In this document: in pieces, positions 24,087-36,100 of the stretch
How the letters are laid out: every line of letters begins with the position of its first letter
How positions within the stretch are numbered: the stretch's first letter is position 1
DNA from: Patellaria atrata CBS 101060
Lineage: Eukaryota
Direction of reading: 5' to 3'
Assembly: GCA_010093705.1 (NCBI GenBank)
Contig: MU006093.1
Span: 1,137,301 to 1,201,300 of the forward strand
Length of the DNA: 64,000 nt
Position numbers and translations under genes: made by a program
Notes under the pieces: generated by a model
Databases searched by the model: none
Told to the model about the DNA's origin: nothing
What the model saw: the letters and a program-made list of their open reading frames with translations, nothing else

Positions 24087-25851
24087 ATGAGAGAAGTCAT
24101 CAGTTTGAACGGTACGCATGCACCCCACGCCGCTTGACCGCTTTACCCTACCATGCCACGAACTTTTCTTCTACAGGGAAATACTGACTCCTTTACGTGT
24201 ATAGTCGGCCAAGCTGGTTGCCAGATTGCCAATTCTTGCTGGGAGGTAGGTTTCGACACAGATATCTTCTTTCAATTGAGAGCACACGGGTCTTTGGAGG
24301 AGTACGTGTTACATGAAGGAGGTTGCTGATGAATCGACAATAGCTTTACTGCCTCGAACACGGAATTCAGGTGAGTGTCTTCGGAATGTTTCTATTAGGA
24401 CTTGAAATAACATCTTCAGCCGGACGGTTACCTCAGCGAAGAACGCAAAGCTTCTGATGAAAACGACCATGGGTTCAGCACATTTTTTTCTGAAACTGGT
24501 AGGTTCGATCCTCGGGACTAACGTGGCAGTACACTCATTAAGCACACAATAGGTCAGGGTAAATACGTTCCAAGAACCATTTACTGCGACTTGGAGCCAA
24601 ACGTCGTCGATGAAGTCCGGACAGGAACCTATCGTAGCCTCTTCCATCCAGAGCAGATGATCACCGGAAAGGAGGATGCCTCAAATAACTATGCTCGTGG
24701 CCACTACACTGTTGGAAAGGAATTGATCGACCAAGTTATGGATAAGGTCAGACGAGTTGCAGACAACTGCGCAGGTTTACAGGGTTTCCTGGTCTTCCAT
24801 TCCTTTGGTGGGGGGACTGGCTCTGGATTCGGTGCGTTGTTAATGGAGCGTCTCTCCGTGGACTATGGCAAAAAGTGCAAGCTTGAGTTTTGCGTCTATC
24901 CAGCACCACAGGTTGCCACATCTGTCGTGGAACCTTACAATTCCATCCTCACCACTCACACTACCTTGGAGCACTCAGACTGCAGCTTTATGGTCGACAA
25001 CGAAGCAATTTATGATATCTGCCGCAGGAATCTGAACATTGAGAGACCTAACTATGAGAACTTGAACCGTCTGATTGCTCAAGGTAAGTTGATAACGGAA
25101 TCTTGCTCAAACACTAAGTATTGACACGTGCTCTAGTTGTGTCCTCTATCACGGCATCTCTCCGTTTTGATGGTTCACTAAATGTCGACCTTAACGAGTT
25201 CCAGACCAATCTTGTCCCTTATCCCCGTATTCATTTTCCTCTTGTCGCATATGCTCCTGTCGTCACCGCAGCCAAGGCATCGCACGAAGCTCATACCGTT
25301 CAGGAGATCTCGATGCAATGCTTCGAACCTAACAATCAGATGGTTAAGTGTGACCCACGCAATGGCAAGTACATGGCCACCTGCCTGCTCTACCGCGGAG
25401 ACGTCGTACCAAAGGATGCCAATGCTGCCGTGGCGACCCTCAAGACAAAGCGTACCATCCAATTCGTTGACTGGTGCCCGACTGGTTTCAAGATTGGTAT
25501 CTGCTACCAACCTCCACAATTCGTCCCTAACGGTGATTTGGCCAAGGTTAACCGTGCTGTGTAAGTTTCCACTGAAAGCCTTATCCTCGCGTGATTTGAA
25601 CAAGATGCTAATGTACATCCAGATGCATGCTTTCCAATACCACCGCTATCGCGCAGGCATGGGGTGCGCTGTCCCACAAGTTCGACCTCATGTACTCCAA
25701 GCGCGCTTTCGTCCATTGGTATGTCGGTGAGGGTATGGAGGAGGGTGAATTTTCCGAGGCACGTGAGGACTTGGCCGCGCTGGAGCGTGATTACGAGGAA
25801 GTAGCCGCCGACTCTATTGAGGGCGAGGAGACACTTGAAGCCGAGTATTAA
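24087..25851 (+). CDS. tubA: Alpha-tubulin, multi-exon
   Basis: [40 protein letters not shown], acidic tail ending EAEY. Confidence 0.98.
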
Positions 25852-26212
25852 AAAAGTCGAGACGTCGAGATGGTTTGGAGAGTGGAGTGGCGATGCTTGC
25901 TGATGTGTTGGCGCATCCTATTTTGGACGTTGACGGGGTTGCATGCATGGGCCTTTGTCCGTATGAGCGAGGGGCAGACTGTGTCTGTCTGTTTGTCTGC
26001 TTCTGGTATTGCTTGAATTCAATTACAGTCTAATATGATATCCTAAACGCACTGTATCCACACATCCATGGCCATGTATCCTTAACAGCCTTACAATCAA
26101 TGATAACATGCAATCATTAGTATACACATAACGTCCCAAAACGCCTATCCTGTCTGTTATTCAACCCGACCCACCCCATTTAAACCGAACAATACCACCC
26201 CCTAACTCTACC

Positions 26213-28906
26213 TCAAAACTCCTCATCCTCCTCCCCTAACCTCCCCTCCGCAACTTCCCTAATCTTCCCCGCGAGTACCTCCCTCCCAAACCTCTCCGCG
26301 ACCCTACCCGCCGCCTCGAGCATCTTACCGCTCCGATCCCGCATCAGCGTCACGATCTCAAGAGCCTTCATACCGTGCTCCTCGCCCTCGCGCGCCTCGA
26401 TCGCGAGCAGCTGCAGCAGCGCCTTATCGGCCTCCCTCTCCTGCGCGGCGAGCACGGTCTGCTGCTCGTGCGTCGCGCGGGTAGTGGACAGGGCGTCGGA
26501 GAGGAGGGCGTGCAAGAGAACGTGACGGGCGTGCTGTTCTTCGAGACGCGCGGCCTCGTGGGCAGGATCTTTGGTGGTATCGGAAACGAGGGCGTCGTCG
26601 TCTGTGGCGGGAGGGGGGGGAGCGGCGGAGACGGGGAGGCGGAAGTCGAAGTCGGTGAGTAAAGGGCGCGGGAAGTATGGGTGCGTATCGCCTCCTTTGA
26701 GGATGATGCAGTGGAACTTCTCCCCTGCGACGGCAACGGGCCAGTAGGACTCCTCTTTCTTCCCGCTTGCGAGGCGGGAGAGCTTTTTGGTGTCGAGGAG
26801 GGGTGCCCATCTTGCTTGACCTGGGAGGCGCCAGTGGAGCAGGACTAGTAGTACGCCGGTGGAGTCGTAGATGCATGGGTCGCCTGCGTCGGAGAAGAAG
26901 ATGGATTTGAGCTCTGCGGTTGCGGGGAGGGGGAGTATGTCCTCGGCTTGGCAGACATCGTCGCGGCGGACGTTTTCGATGGTGTAGCGGAGTGTGGTGC
27001 GCCCGTCGGAGCCGAGGGGTCCATTGCCAATGGTCCAGACGTAGTCGCGCCAGGCGGCGCAGGTAACAGTTGGAGAGGCTTTGGCGCGGTGGACGCGAAG
27101 GGGCACGCCGAAGAGGGAGTATATCCTGACATACCCTGTGTTGGTGGTAACGACTATATGCGACTCTGAGAGGGCTATCGCCGTGGGAGTTTCACCAGCG
27201 GGAAGCTCGGTACGCCAGTCGGTTCTTGTGGTCCAGGTCTCATGGGGCCGGTAGTATATAATCGCGGGAGACTTGGAGGATGGGGAACAGGAGAAAAGGG
27301 CACCGTGCTCGTTGAGGCAGGCTTTGTCGTACAGGAATGGGTCGGTGAAGTGGAAATCGCGGTGGAGTTCACGGTCGTAGAACTCGACGGTTACCGTGTG
27401 GTAGGCGTCTTCTTGGCTGACAGTCCAGACGAAGCCAACAAGATTCAAGCAAAGATATCTTCGGTTACCTCTCCAAGGCGTACTTCCTGGTTGGAAGGAG
27501 GCGTGAGTTTTAGGTTGCCAAATGCCTTGTGTTCGTGCACGTTTATACGGATACTCATGATCATTTAAGTCGTCATTGGCACGCTTTCCCAGACCATTAG
27601 TGGGTTCGACGTATCCCCCGTCATCATCGTCCTCGATGAATCCATCTACATCAGACATGCCATCTCCGTCAATGATGCCGTCCAATGAGTCTGGAGTCCG
27701 GTCTCGTGTCCGACGAGGTAGGCCATTTTTCGACCCATCAGTCTCCTGTCGTCTTACGTTTCCTGATATCTCAGATAATGGATCGTGAATAAAGGGGGCT
27801 GGTTGCAAATCCTTCTTCAGAGCGGAAATGTACTCCGCAGGAACAAAATCCGGATGGATATATAGCTCGCCGTCATTATTAGTATAAGAGAAGATATTCT
27901 CAGTCGGATGCCAAGACATCTCTAGGATCGTTGCTCTAACATCGTCGTACGTCTTGATAACTTTTTGAGACTTAGTGTCCCAGAGAACCAGTTTACGATC
28001 AGCACCGGCAGTTGCTAGTAGAGCTCCGTTAGGGGACCATGCAACTGCCGTAATGTCTCCAGAATGACCAGAAGAGAAAGCTCGTTGCTTTTCCCAGTCT
28101 CTGTGAGACATAACTTGGAACTCTCTTGTACCAGTAGGGGCACCAAAAGCTCTGCCATCAGGATGCCAGACAACTTTAGAACTTGCTTCTACCTCAGGTT
28201 CTAGACTTCTTATCAAGTCGTCTACTTTTCGTACTAGCTTAGGCTGCTCAGAGCTAAGTGAGTATACGTAAACCACACCATCCGTACACGAGGCAGTCAA
28301 GTATGTACCGCTAGGGTCGAATGAGACATGTTTAACTGATCTTGGCTGATCCCGTAGGTAGATCACTCGAGTCATATCATTAGTATTGACTACTTTCACG
28401 ACGAGTTCGCTAGATCCGTGTTAGCAGCTGTTGTTTTATGAGGTCTGTAGCATACTCACTCGCTAGCTACGGCGACCCAATTTCCGTCTGGAGAGAGTGC
28501 GACATCTCGAACAGCGACTGAACATCGTACCAAAATCTCATCCAAGGAGTTCGTCTCCAGCGAGTATTTGCACACCGTCCCATCATCTGACCCGGTGACG
28601 AAGAAGTCGTTCTGTGTGCCAGTAAGTACGGCCCTGAATGGATGTCGTCGGCTCTAAGATGACTTACAGAAGCGGCAATTGCTGTGTTAGAGTCCTGACA
28701 GTCATCTATGTTTGCTGGTTCAGCATCCGAACCTGTCTGAAAGACTCGAATCGCATTATTCAATCCGACAGTAATGAGTTTCCTGCCGTTCGGTGTATAG
28801 CTGAGAAATGTTGGACCAGGGGTATCTGGGAAATAATAGTTAGATAGATCATACCATGACCAAGATGCAACTTACGAGCAGGACGACCACGAATTCGAGC
28901 AGACAT
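26213..28906 (-). CDS. CTF4: Ctf4/Mcl1/SepB replisome hub (WD40 plus SepB domain)
   Basis: ATG 28906 MSARIRGRPA|H; WD40 N-terminus; FQPGSTPWRGNRRYLCLN, VTVEFYD, YWPVAV and PYFPRP motifs. Confidence 0.92.
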
Positions 28907-28961
28907 GTTTCGGTTTGTTATAATGTTGAACTGGACGGGAGTGTATGGGGGTTTGCGGGGA

Positions 28962-28986
28962 GTCGCGTCGTCGCGTGTCGCGAAAT
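28962..28986. promoter_or_regulatory. Cluster of CGCG (MCB/SCB-like) elements in the CTF4/CHZ1 divergent promoter
   Basis: GTCGCGTCGTCGCGTGTCGCGAAA lies about 55-80 bp upstream of the CTF4 ATG. CTF4 is a G1/S gene in yeasts. Confidence 0.55.
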
Positions 28987-29380
28987 CAATTAACCAAGTT
29001 TGTCCCGTTTGCTTCTCGTTTGTATTTTTACATTTTACCCCACATTTTCACCATAACAAACACTGGAACTGTGACCCCTCCAATCTTCGATCAAATAATC
29101 TGACAGGATACATATGATCGAAGAAGTGTGGCGACCTGTTGGTGAAGCATTTCTTCACATTTCACATCACACATCGCACAAAATAAGGTACTACAGAGAC
29201 TCACGAGATCGTTTAGCGCGTGGTGCATCTTAAGCGCGGACAAATTCCTTGATCGCGCCTGTCCAGGCCGAGACTTCCAAACACTTCCACACTCACTTCC
29301 TACTTTCTACTTCGCAATCCTCCACCTCACACAAAGCCACCAATTTCCAAACGAAAACATTATCGATCTCTTACCGCACG

Positions 29381-29829
29381 ATGAGTGACCAAGCGACCAA
29401 ACCGCAGGACACTTCCATGGAGTCCGCCCCAGCTCTCGACAAGGGCAAGGGCAAGGCGGTTGAGCAAGATCAGGACATCAGCATGGACGACGATAGTTCC
29501 GAGGAGGAGTCCGGAGTCGAAGATGTACGTTCAAAAATCTCAGTCATGATGATGTATAGACCAAGTAATTGACATATCCCAGATTGGAGAACGTAGGGCA
29601 TCCTTTACCTTCCTATCCAAGACGGTTCCACTAACCATTTTCAGCCGAAGTCGAGGACGAAGACAACATGGAAGAAATCGATACGGAAAACATCATCACT
29701 GATGGCAGGCGCACACGTGGCAAAACCATTGACTTTGCGAAAGCTGCTGAAAATGCTGATGATTTGGATGATGACGAGGAAGATGACGATGAAGACTTTG
29801 TAGACCCAGATGATTCCATGCAGCAGTAA
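29381..29829 (+). CDS. CHZ1: Histone H2A.Z chaperone Chz1; exons 29381-29525, 29583-29592, 29645-29829
   Basis: Acidic protein with CHZ motif DNMEEIDTENIITDGRRTRGKTIDFAKAAE. Confidence 0.88.
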
Positions 29830-32242
29830 AACTGTTGTAGGTGCTAGTCCAGTCCTTTAAATCCAAGCTATGGAGAATAATGCAGAAGATATAGACGTGC
29901 TAATACCTGAATCCAGGACATCGGGGTGTTACAAGCAATTGGACTACGATACGTCGCCTCTCTAAACCAGTGATATCAATATGGAGACGACCTCAAACAT
30001 GACTGTCAATGATCAGATGGATAAGGTACTTGATTGGAATTTGGCGGCTGGTGTTGCTATTTGAGGTGACAGGCCAAATGGTATCTTGGAATATATGACT
30101 TCCCAGAGGCCTTACCTAGGTATCTCCCGAATTGGAAGTCACCTTGTTTATTCCCAAAAACTCTAAGATCACAATATAATCAAAAGGAATATAGATCTTT
30201 CTATTGCTGAAATTAATCATCTTCATGACATGGGTGAAAACCCAACTGAGCAGCTCATGCGCCCACCAAAATTACTTGAGATTTGAGCCCGACAACATGT
30301 TATATCGTCGTACTGTACAGTACTTCGCACTTCGGTAGACAATCAATATACAAATGCGGAGGACAATTTTAAGCGAACACCACCGGGGTATGAATATGCT
30401 TTCTTGGTATTTTCCACTTGGGAGCTGGACAAGCCGGAATATATTATGTTCGTACTACTAGTGAGTTAAGCCAAGCTAGTCCAAGATATCTTGATTCAAT
30501 CATTCCCAAATTTATATATCTGTTATAGATGGTTCTCGTTACCCTAAATGAAACGAGGTAGGGCGTGCGGAGGCTCGCACGGGAGACGTGGGATGTGAAG
30601 TAGGAATGGCTGTTTGAGTTTTGATTGACATATTACTCGGAAGTGTGCTAGTAGTCAGTATATCAATAATGAGATCAATGTAATTCGAGTGTGCGGCGTC
30701 CCGCGACCGAGAGTTTAGAGCCAATCTGGTTCTTAAGCGTCTTTCTCCGTAGTGTGAGGCGACGATTATTCGGGATTCTTTCCAAGACGCTGAGAGGGGT
30801 GGAAAGAGTATTTCCAAGCGCATCTCTCTGGTGTATCTTCTACCTAGACGGTAGCGACATCGGCAGCAAATTCCAGGCGAGACGGGACTTTCGGACGGGG
30901 TTCTTGTGACAAACAGAAAATATTTTCCCTCGTGGAGTATTTTGGAGTTACACAAGTGGGATCCCGTATTCACCCGAAGGCTTTTTATATTCCAGAATAT
31001 GGTCCGTCGAGCGGGGAGTCAGCAGTGCAGACAGGGTGGAATTTCCTTTTTTTCACCAGGTGCGGTGTGGACGGTGTAAGTACAGAAGTACATGAAGAGC
31101 TAACTTGGTGGAGCCATTTCTGCCATTGAGCCTCGCAATTGTTTTCTGCAGCTGGTCACGTTTCCGTCAGTATGTGGTGCATGCAAGGCAATGTCCATGA
31201 GGTCGTTCGTTGGCTTCTTTTAAGTGTCCTTTTGGACTCATTTCTTGCAGTGTGCCCCCCCGGTATCAAGATGGTGCGTTGACTGCGTTACGTCTTAGCT
31301 TTGGGGGGATGATAAGGCTAGACAATGATGTATGACCAGGCAGAATTACACGAAAAGAAAAAGCCGGCATGGCGGAGAGCACCTTCCTGGCCAATGATCA
31401 CCTCGCGAATCTGGCAAGAACGTCAAATGCTGGTAACGGCGACGGGGTGATTTGCGGCAATCTGAATTTAACGTTGGGGAGCTTGGGGCAGCCTGCAGAT
31501 AAAGCACGGACAAGGCGTAAAGAAGCACATGCAATCCAGTGAATTCACTTTGCTGCTCCGAGGGTTGTGGAGTATATCAACAAATCAGAAAACTCGTATT
31601 TACGACTTCAACTTCCACCGCCCTGGTTCCGGCGAGTTCCTCATGAGCAGATCTAGGCGCATTTAGGCCTCATGCATCGCGGAGCCGTGGGGTTAAACTG
31701 ACAGTTAAGGTACTGTAGCCGCGAACATATGGACATACAGTACTCCGTGCAGAAACCTAAGAATTGTAATCAATATCTTGCTTGTGGCCGTCGAATTGTA
31801 TTGGGTGATAAATTATCCCGTCTGGTTGAAGAAGAACACTTTCATGATGGGGCCCTCTTTTTGTCCTAATAAAGTAGCTATACAGTACAATCAATGGAAA
31901 CTTCAAATTTCGTGTGAGCACCTATCCATCATATATAACTTCCCAGTGGACTCTTTAAGCTTATGTCTCGTTCGAGGCTTCAAGGCAAGCTGAGGTGAAG
32001 TAAAACATACTATACGAATGGAGACGGTATCCAATATCGGTGACTGGGTGCAATTCATAGCCGTCCATATCTAAAACCAGTGGAGACTAGATCAATTGGG
32101 AAGACAGGAACCATACCTTATGATAATATTTCCTTAGGTAGGATTTTCAAACTTTCCCCACCGTCACCTGGGCTGCCTCACTTTTCTGCTAGTCCAGAAT
32201 AAATTCAACCCACTGCCCACAAAAAAGTCTGTCTGCTCTATT

Positions 32243-32266
<24 letters not shown>
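32243..32266. repeat. (TC)12 microsatellite
   Basis: Direct reading. Confidence 0.9.
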
Positions 32267-32273
<7 letters not shown>

Positions 32274-32443
32274 ACCTGACACTGCACACTTCACTTCTTT
32301 CGCCTGGCCGAGTTGCTTGAGCAGCAGAATCACCCGACCAACCTCTGTTATAAGATAGCTTGTAAGTTGAAAATTATCCACCAGCCCACCAATTCATCCA
32401 ACTACCACCCGTCATTGTTCTCTCACCGCAACCAGCGGAAGTT

Positions 32444-32492
32444 TGTACTGTACTGTACTGTACTGTACTGTACTGTGCTGTGTTGTACAGTA
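32444..32492. repeat. (TGTAC)6 pentanucleotide repeat with degenerate tail
   Basis: Direct reading: tgtac x6, then tgtgc tgtgt tgtac agta. Confidence 0.9.
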
Positions 32493-33145
32493 TCTTTGGT
32501 ATACAGTACCTTATGACGGGATGTGCGCGCACAACCTTAACCCACACACAAATTATTTATTGCCGGGAACCCTGTCCCCCATTTCCCCCCCGTCCCCCTC
32601 CCAATCTACCCCACCATGAAATTTGATTCGTTGAAGCTCCCTTATCGACAAAAGACGAGCTAGTGTCTACGTCGTTGAGCGACTCTCAAAACTTCCTTTA
32701 TGGCTGCAATCATTCGAATCTTCGACATCATCCGATGAATCGATCGCAAAATTTTACTCTGCACGCGCAACCTGAGCTTTTCGGCCATTCTGACGACAGT
32801 GCTTTCTCAGCACCCGGCCCATTACTTGGCCACGGACTGAGAGACTTAGTACCGACGGATCTCCGGTCCATTGCTTTTTAGGAACATAGACCCTCCACTT
32901 CTTTCTATCTCCATTCCAATCCACATCTCTTCATCCCTCTCTCTCACCTTCAATTCGGCCAGGCCCTGCCAATCCACTTCTTGTCGTCTCTTGTTCATCT
33001 CATCTTTGTTGCCCTTGCTGATTATAGACCCTATCTTCAGGTCGCAACTTCCCCAGGCGAACCCGTGATCACGAGATCTGATATCTCCACCAACTATAGG
33101 TGAAAGCTTCTACTCAGATATTTCCTTCGGCCTTTTGCCGAAAGT

Positions 33146-36100
33146 ATGGGTCGGGTGTCATTCGCAGACGAAGAAAAGCACTACGATATCGATATTGAAG
33201 TTGAGCAGACGACGAGTGTCTATCAGTACGAAGAGACACCTGAGAATCGGTCATGGGCTAGTGCATTACCATTGAAGCAGGGTCTTTATGACCCTGAGTT
33301 GGAGAAGGATGCATGTGGTGTTGGCTTTGCTGCGTAAGTCCTCCTTGCAGAAATAAAATATCCGGCAGCATACTTGATCTGACACTAACATATATTACAG
33401 CCACATAAAGGGCAAAGCAAGCCACAAGATCGTTAGCGATGGTTTGTCTCTACCAGTCCTCTATACTTGGAGTTAATCAGCTAATCCTTTGCTCTTTTAG
33501 CCAAAAACCTCCTTTGCAACATGACCCATAGAGGGGCAGTAGGCTCCGATGCAAGAGATGGTGATGGTGCGGGTGTCATGACCTCAATTCCTCATAAATT
33601 CTTCATCAAGAACTTCGAGCGGGAGCAAGGAATAAAGTTGCCGAAACAAGGGCAATATGCTGCTGGGAATCTGTTCTTTAAACCAGATACCGAAGTTTTA
33701 AAGGATACAATAGGAACATTTGAAGATATTGCAGTGTCCTTGGACCTGAGAGTACTCGGGTGGCGAGAGGTTCCAAGGGACTCATCTTTGCTTGGTCCTG
33801 CTGCATTGTCCAGAGAGCCGATCATACTACAACCATTCGTGGTTCTACTTTCCGCTTATGGTGATGGTAACGAGCCGGTGGACACTTTCGAAGAAGACTT
33901 CGATGAGCCCTACTTTGAGCGCCAGTTGTATGTGCTACGAAAGCGGTCAACACATATCATTGGTCTGCACAATTGGTTCTACCTTTGTTCATTGAGCAAC
34001 AAGAACATCGTTTACAAGGGACAGCTTGCACCAGTTCAGGTTTATGAGTATTACCATGACCTTGTAAATGTTGATTACGAAGGTCACTTTGCTCTTGTGC
34101 ACTCTCGTTTTTCCACCAACACATTCCCCAGCTGGGACAGAGCTCAACCATTACGATGGGCAGCTCACAATGGTGAAATTAACACATTGAGAGGGAACAA
34201 GAACTGGATGCGTGCCCGCGAAGGTGTTCTGAAATCTCATCTATTTGGACCCGATCTCGAACTACTATATCCAATCATTGAAGACGGTGGCTCCGATTCC
34301 GCTGCCTTTGACAACGTACTCGAGCTCCTTACTATCAATGGAGTCTTGTCCCTTCCAGAAGCTGTCATGCTGATGGTTCCGGAGGCGTGGCAAGGTAATC
34401 GGGCCATGGATCCTGCCAAACAGGCCTTCTACGAGTGGGCTGGTTGTATGATGGAACCTTGGGATGGCCCAGCTCTATTCACGTTCTCTGATGGAAGATA
34501 TTGTGGTGCAAACTTGGATCGTAACGGTCTTCGTCCTTGCAGATACTATGTTACAGATGACGATAGGATCGTCTGCGCTTCTGAAGTGGGCACAATCAGT
34601 ATCGAGCCGGAAAGGATCGTGCAGAAAGGACGTCTACAGCCCGGAAGAATGTTGCTCGTTGACACTGTCGCCGGCCGCATTGTCGATGATAGCGAACTTA
34701 AGAACACAGTTGCGAGTCGTCACGACTTCAAGGCTTGGATTGAGAAGAACCTGCTCACAATGCCTAGTATTTATAATCAAGTCCAAGAGAAAGGAATCGA
34801 CATCTCACATGCATTGACGGAGACTCGAGTCCAGGAGGATCCTCGATTGAAGGCATTCGGTTACTCACTAGAACAGGTCAGTTTGCTGCTTGGACCAATG
34901 GCTGCAGACTCCAAAGAAGCGTTAGGATCCATGGGCAACGATGCGCCTCTTGCATGCCTAGCTAGTCAGCCTCGTCTTCTCTACGAGTACTTCCGTCAAC
35001 TATTCGCTCAGGTCACCAATCCTCCAATCGATCCCATTCGGGAGGCTATTGTAATGTCTCTGGAAGCTTATGTAGGACCTCAAGGTAATCTTCTAGAAAT
35101 GGAAGAGAGCCAGTGTCATCGTTTGCTTCTACCATCCCCTGTCCTGTCTCTCGAAGAATTCAATGCTCTCAAGAACATTACAACACTTCACCCGAAATGG
35201 AAAGTTCGGGTAATCGATATTACATTCCCTAAGACGGAAGGCATCAAAGGATATATGGATGCTCTAGATCGTATCTGTGACGCCGCAAGCGAGGGCATTT
35301 CTAACGACGACACAATTCTGATACTTTCTGACCGCGCGACATCGGCCGAGCGAGTACCCGTTTCCGCGCTCCTGGCTACAGGTATGGTCCACCACCATCT
35401 CGTCAGGAATAGATGGCGTTCTCAGGCTGCACTTGTCGTTGAGACGGGCGAGGCCCGTGAGGTCCACCACATGTGTGTACTTGTAGGATACGGTGCAGAT
35501 GCTGTCTGTCCCTATCTAGCAATCGAGTGTATCCTCAAGATGGACCGAGAAGGTCTCATTAGGAAGAAGTTGACACCTCAACAACTCATTGATAACTACA
35601 AGCATTCTTGCGACGGTGGAATCTTGAAGGTTATGAGCAAAATGGGTATTTCGACTCTTCAAAGTTATAAGGGTGCACAGATTTTTGAAGCCCTTGGTGT
35701 TGACGACAGCGTCGTCGACCGTTGTTTCACTGGTACCGCTACTCGAGTGAAGGGTATGACCTTTGAATTGATTGCACAGGACGCTTTCGCCTTGCACGAG
35801 AAGGGTTATCCAACCAGGAGCATCGTTGAAGTTCCCGGTCTTGCTGAAACTGGCGAATACCACTGGAGAGATGGTGGTGAAGCTCACATCAACGACCCGA
35901 CAGCTATCGCAAATATCCAGGACGCTGTACGATCCAAGAATGATAAATCCTACGAGGCATATTCGATCTCTGAATATGATCAGATCAAGAAGTGCACATT
36001 GCGGGGTCTGCTCGACTTCGATTTCGAAGAGCGCGCCCCAGTACCAATCGAGCAAGTGGAACCATGGACTGAAATTGTCCGCCGTTTCGTAACTGGTGCT

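Noticed and set aside
30539..31129. ORFs of 65-144 aa upstream of GLT1
   Set aside because: Non-ATG starts, no domain and no convincing exon structure.
32444..32492. Repeat array as CRISPR or telomeric repeat
   Set aside because: Simple pentamer microsatellite with no spacers and not TTAGGG-like; the genome is eukaryotic.
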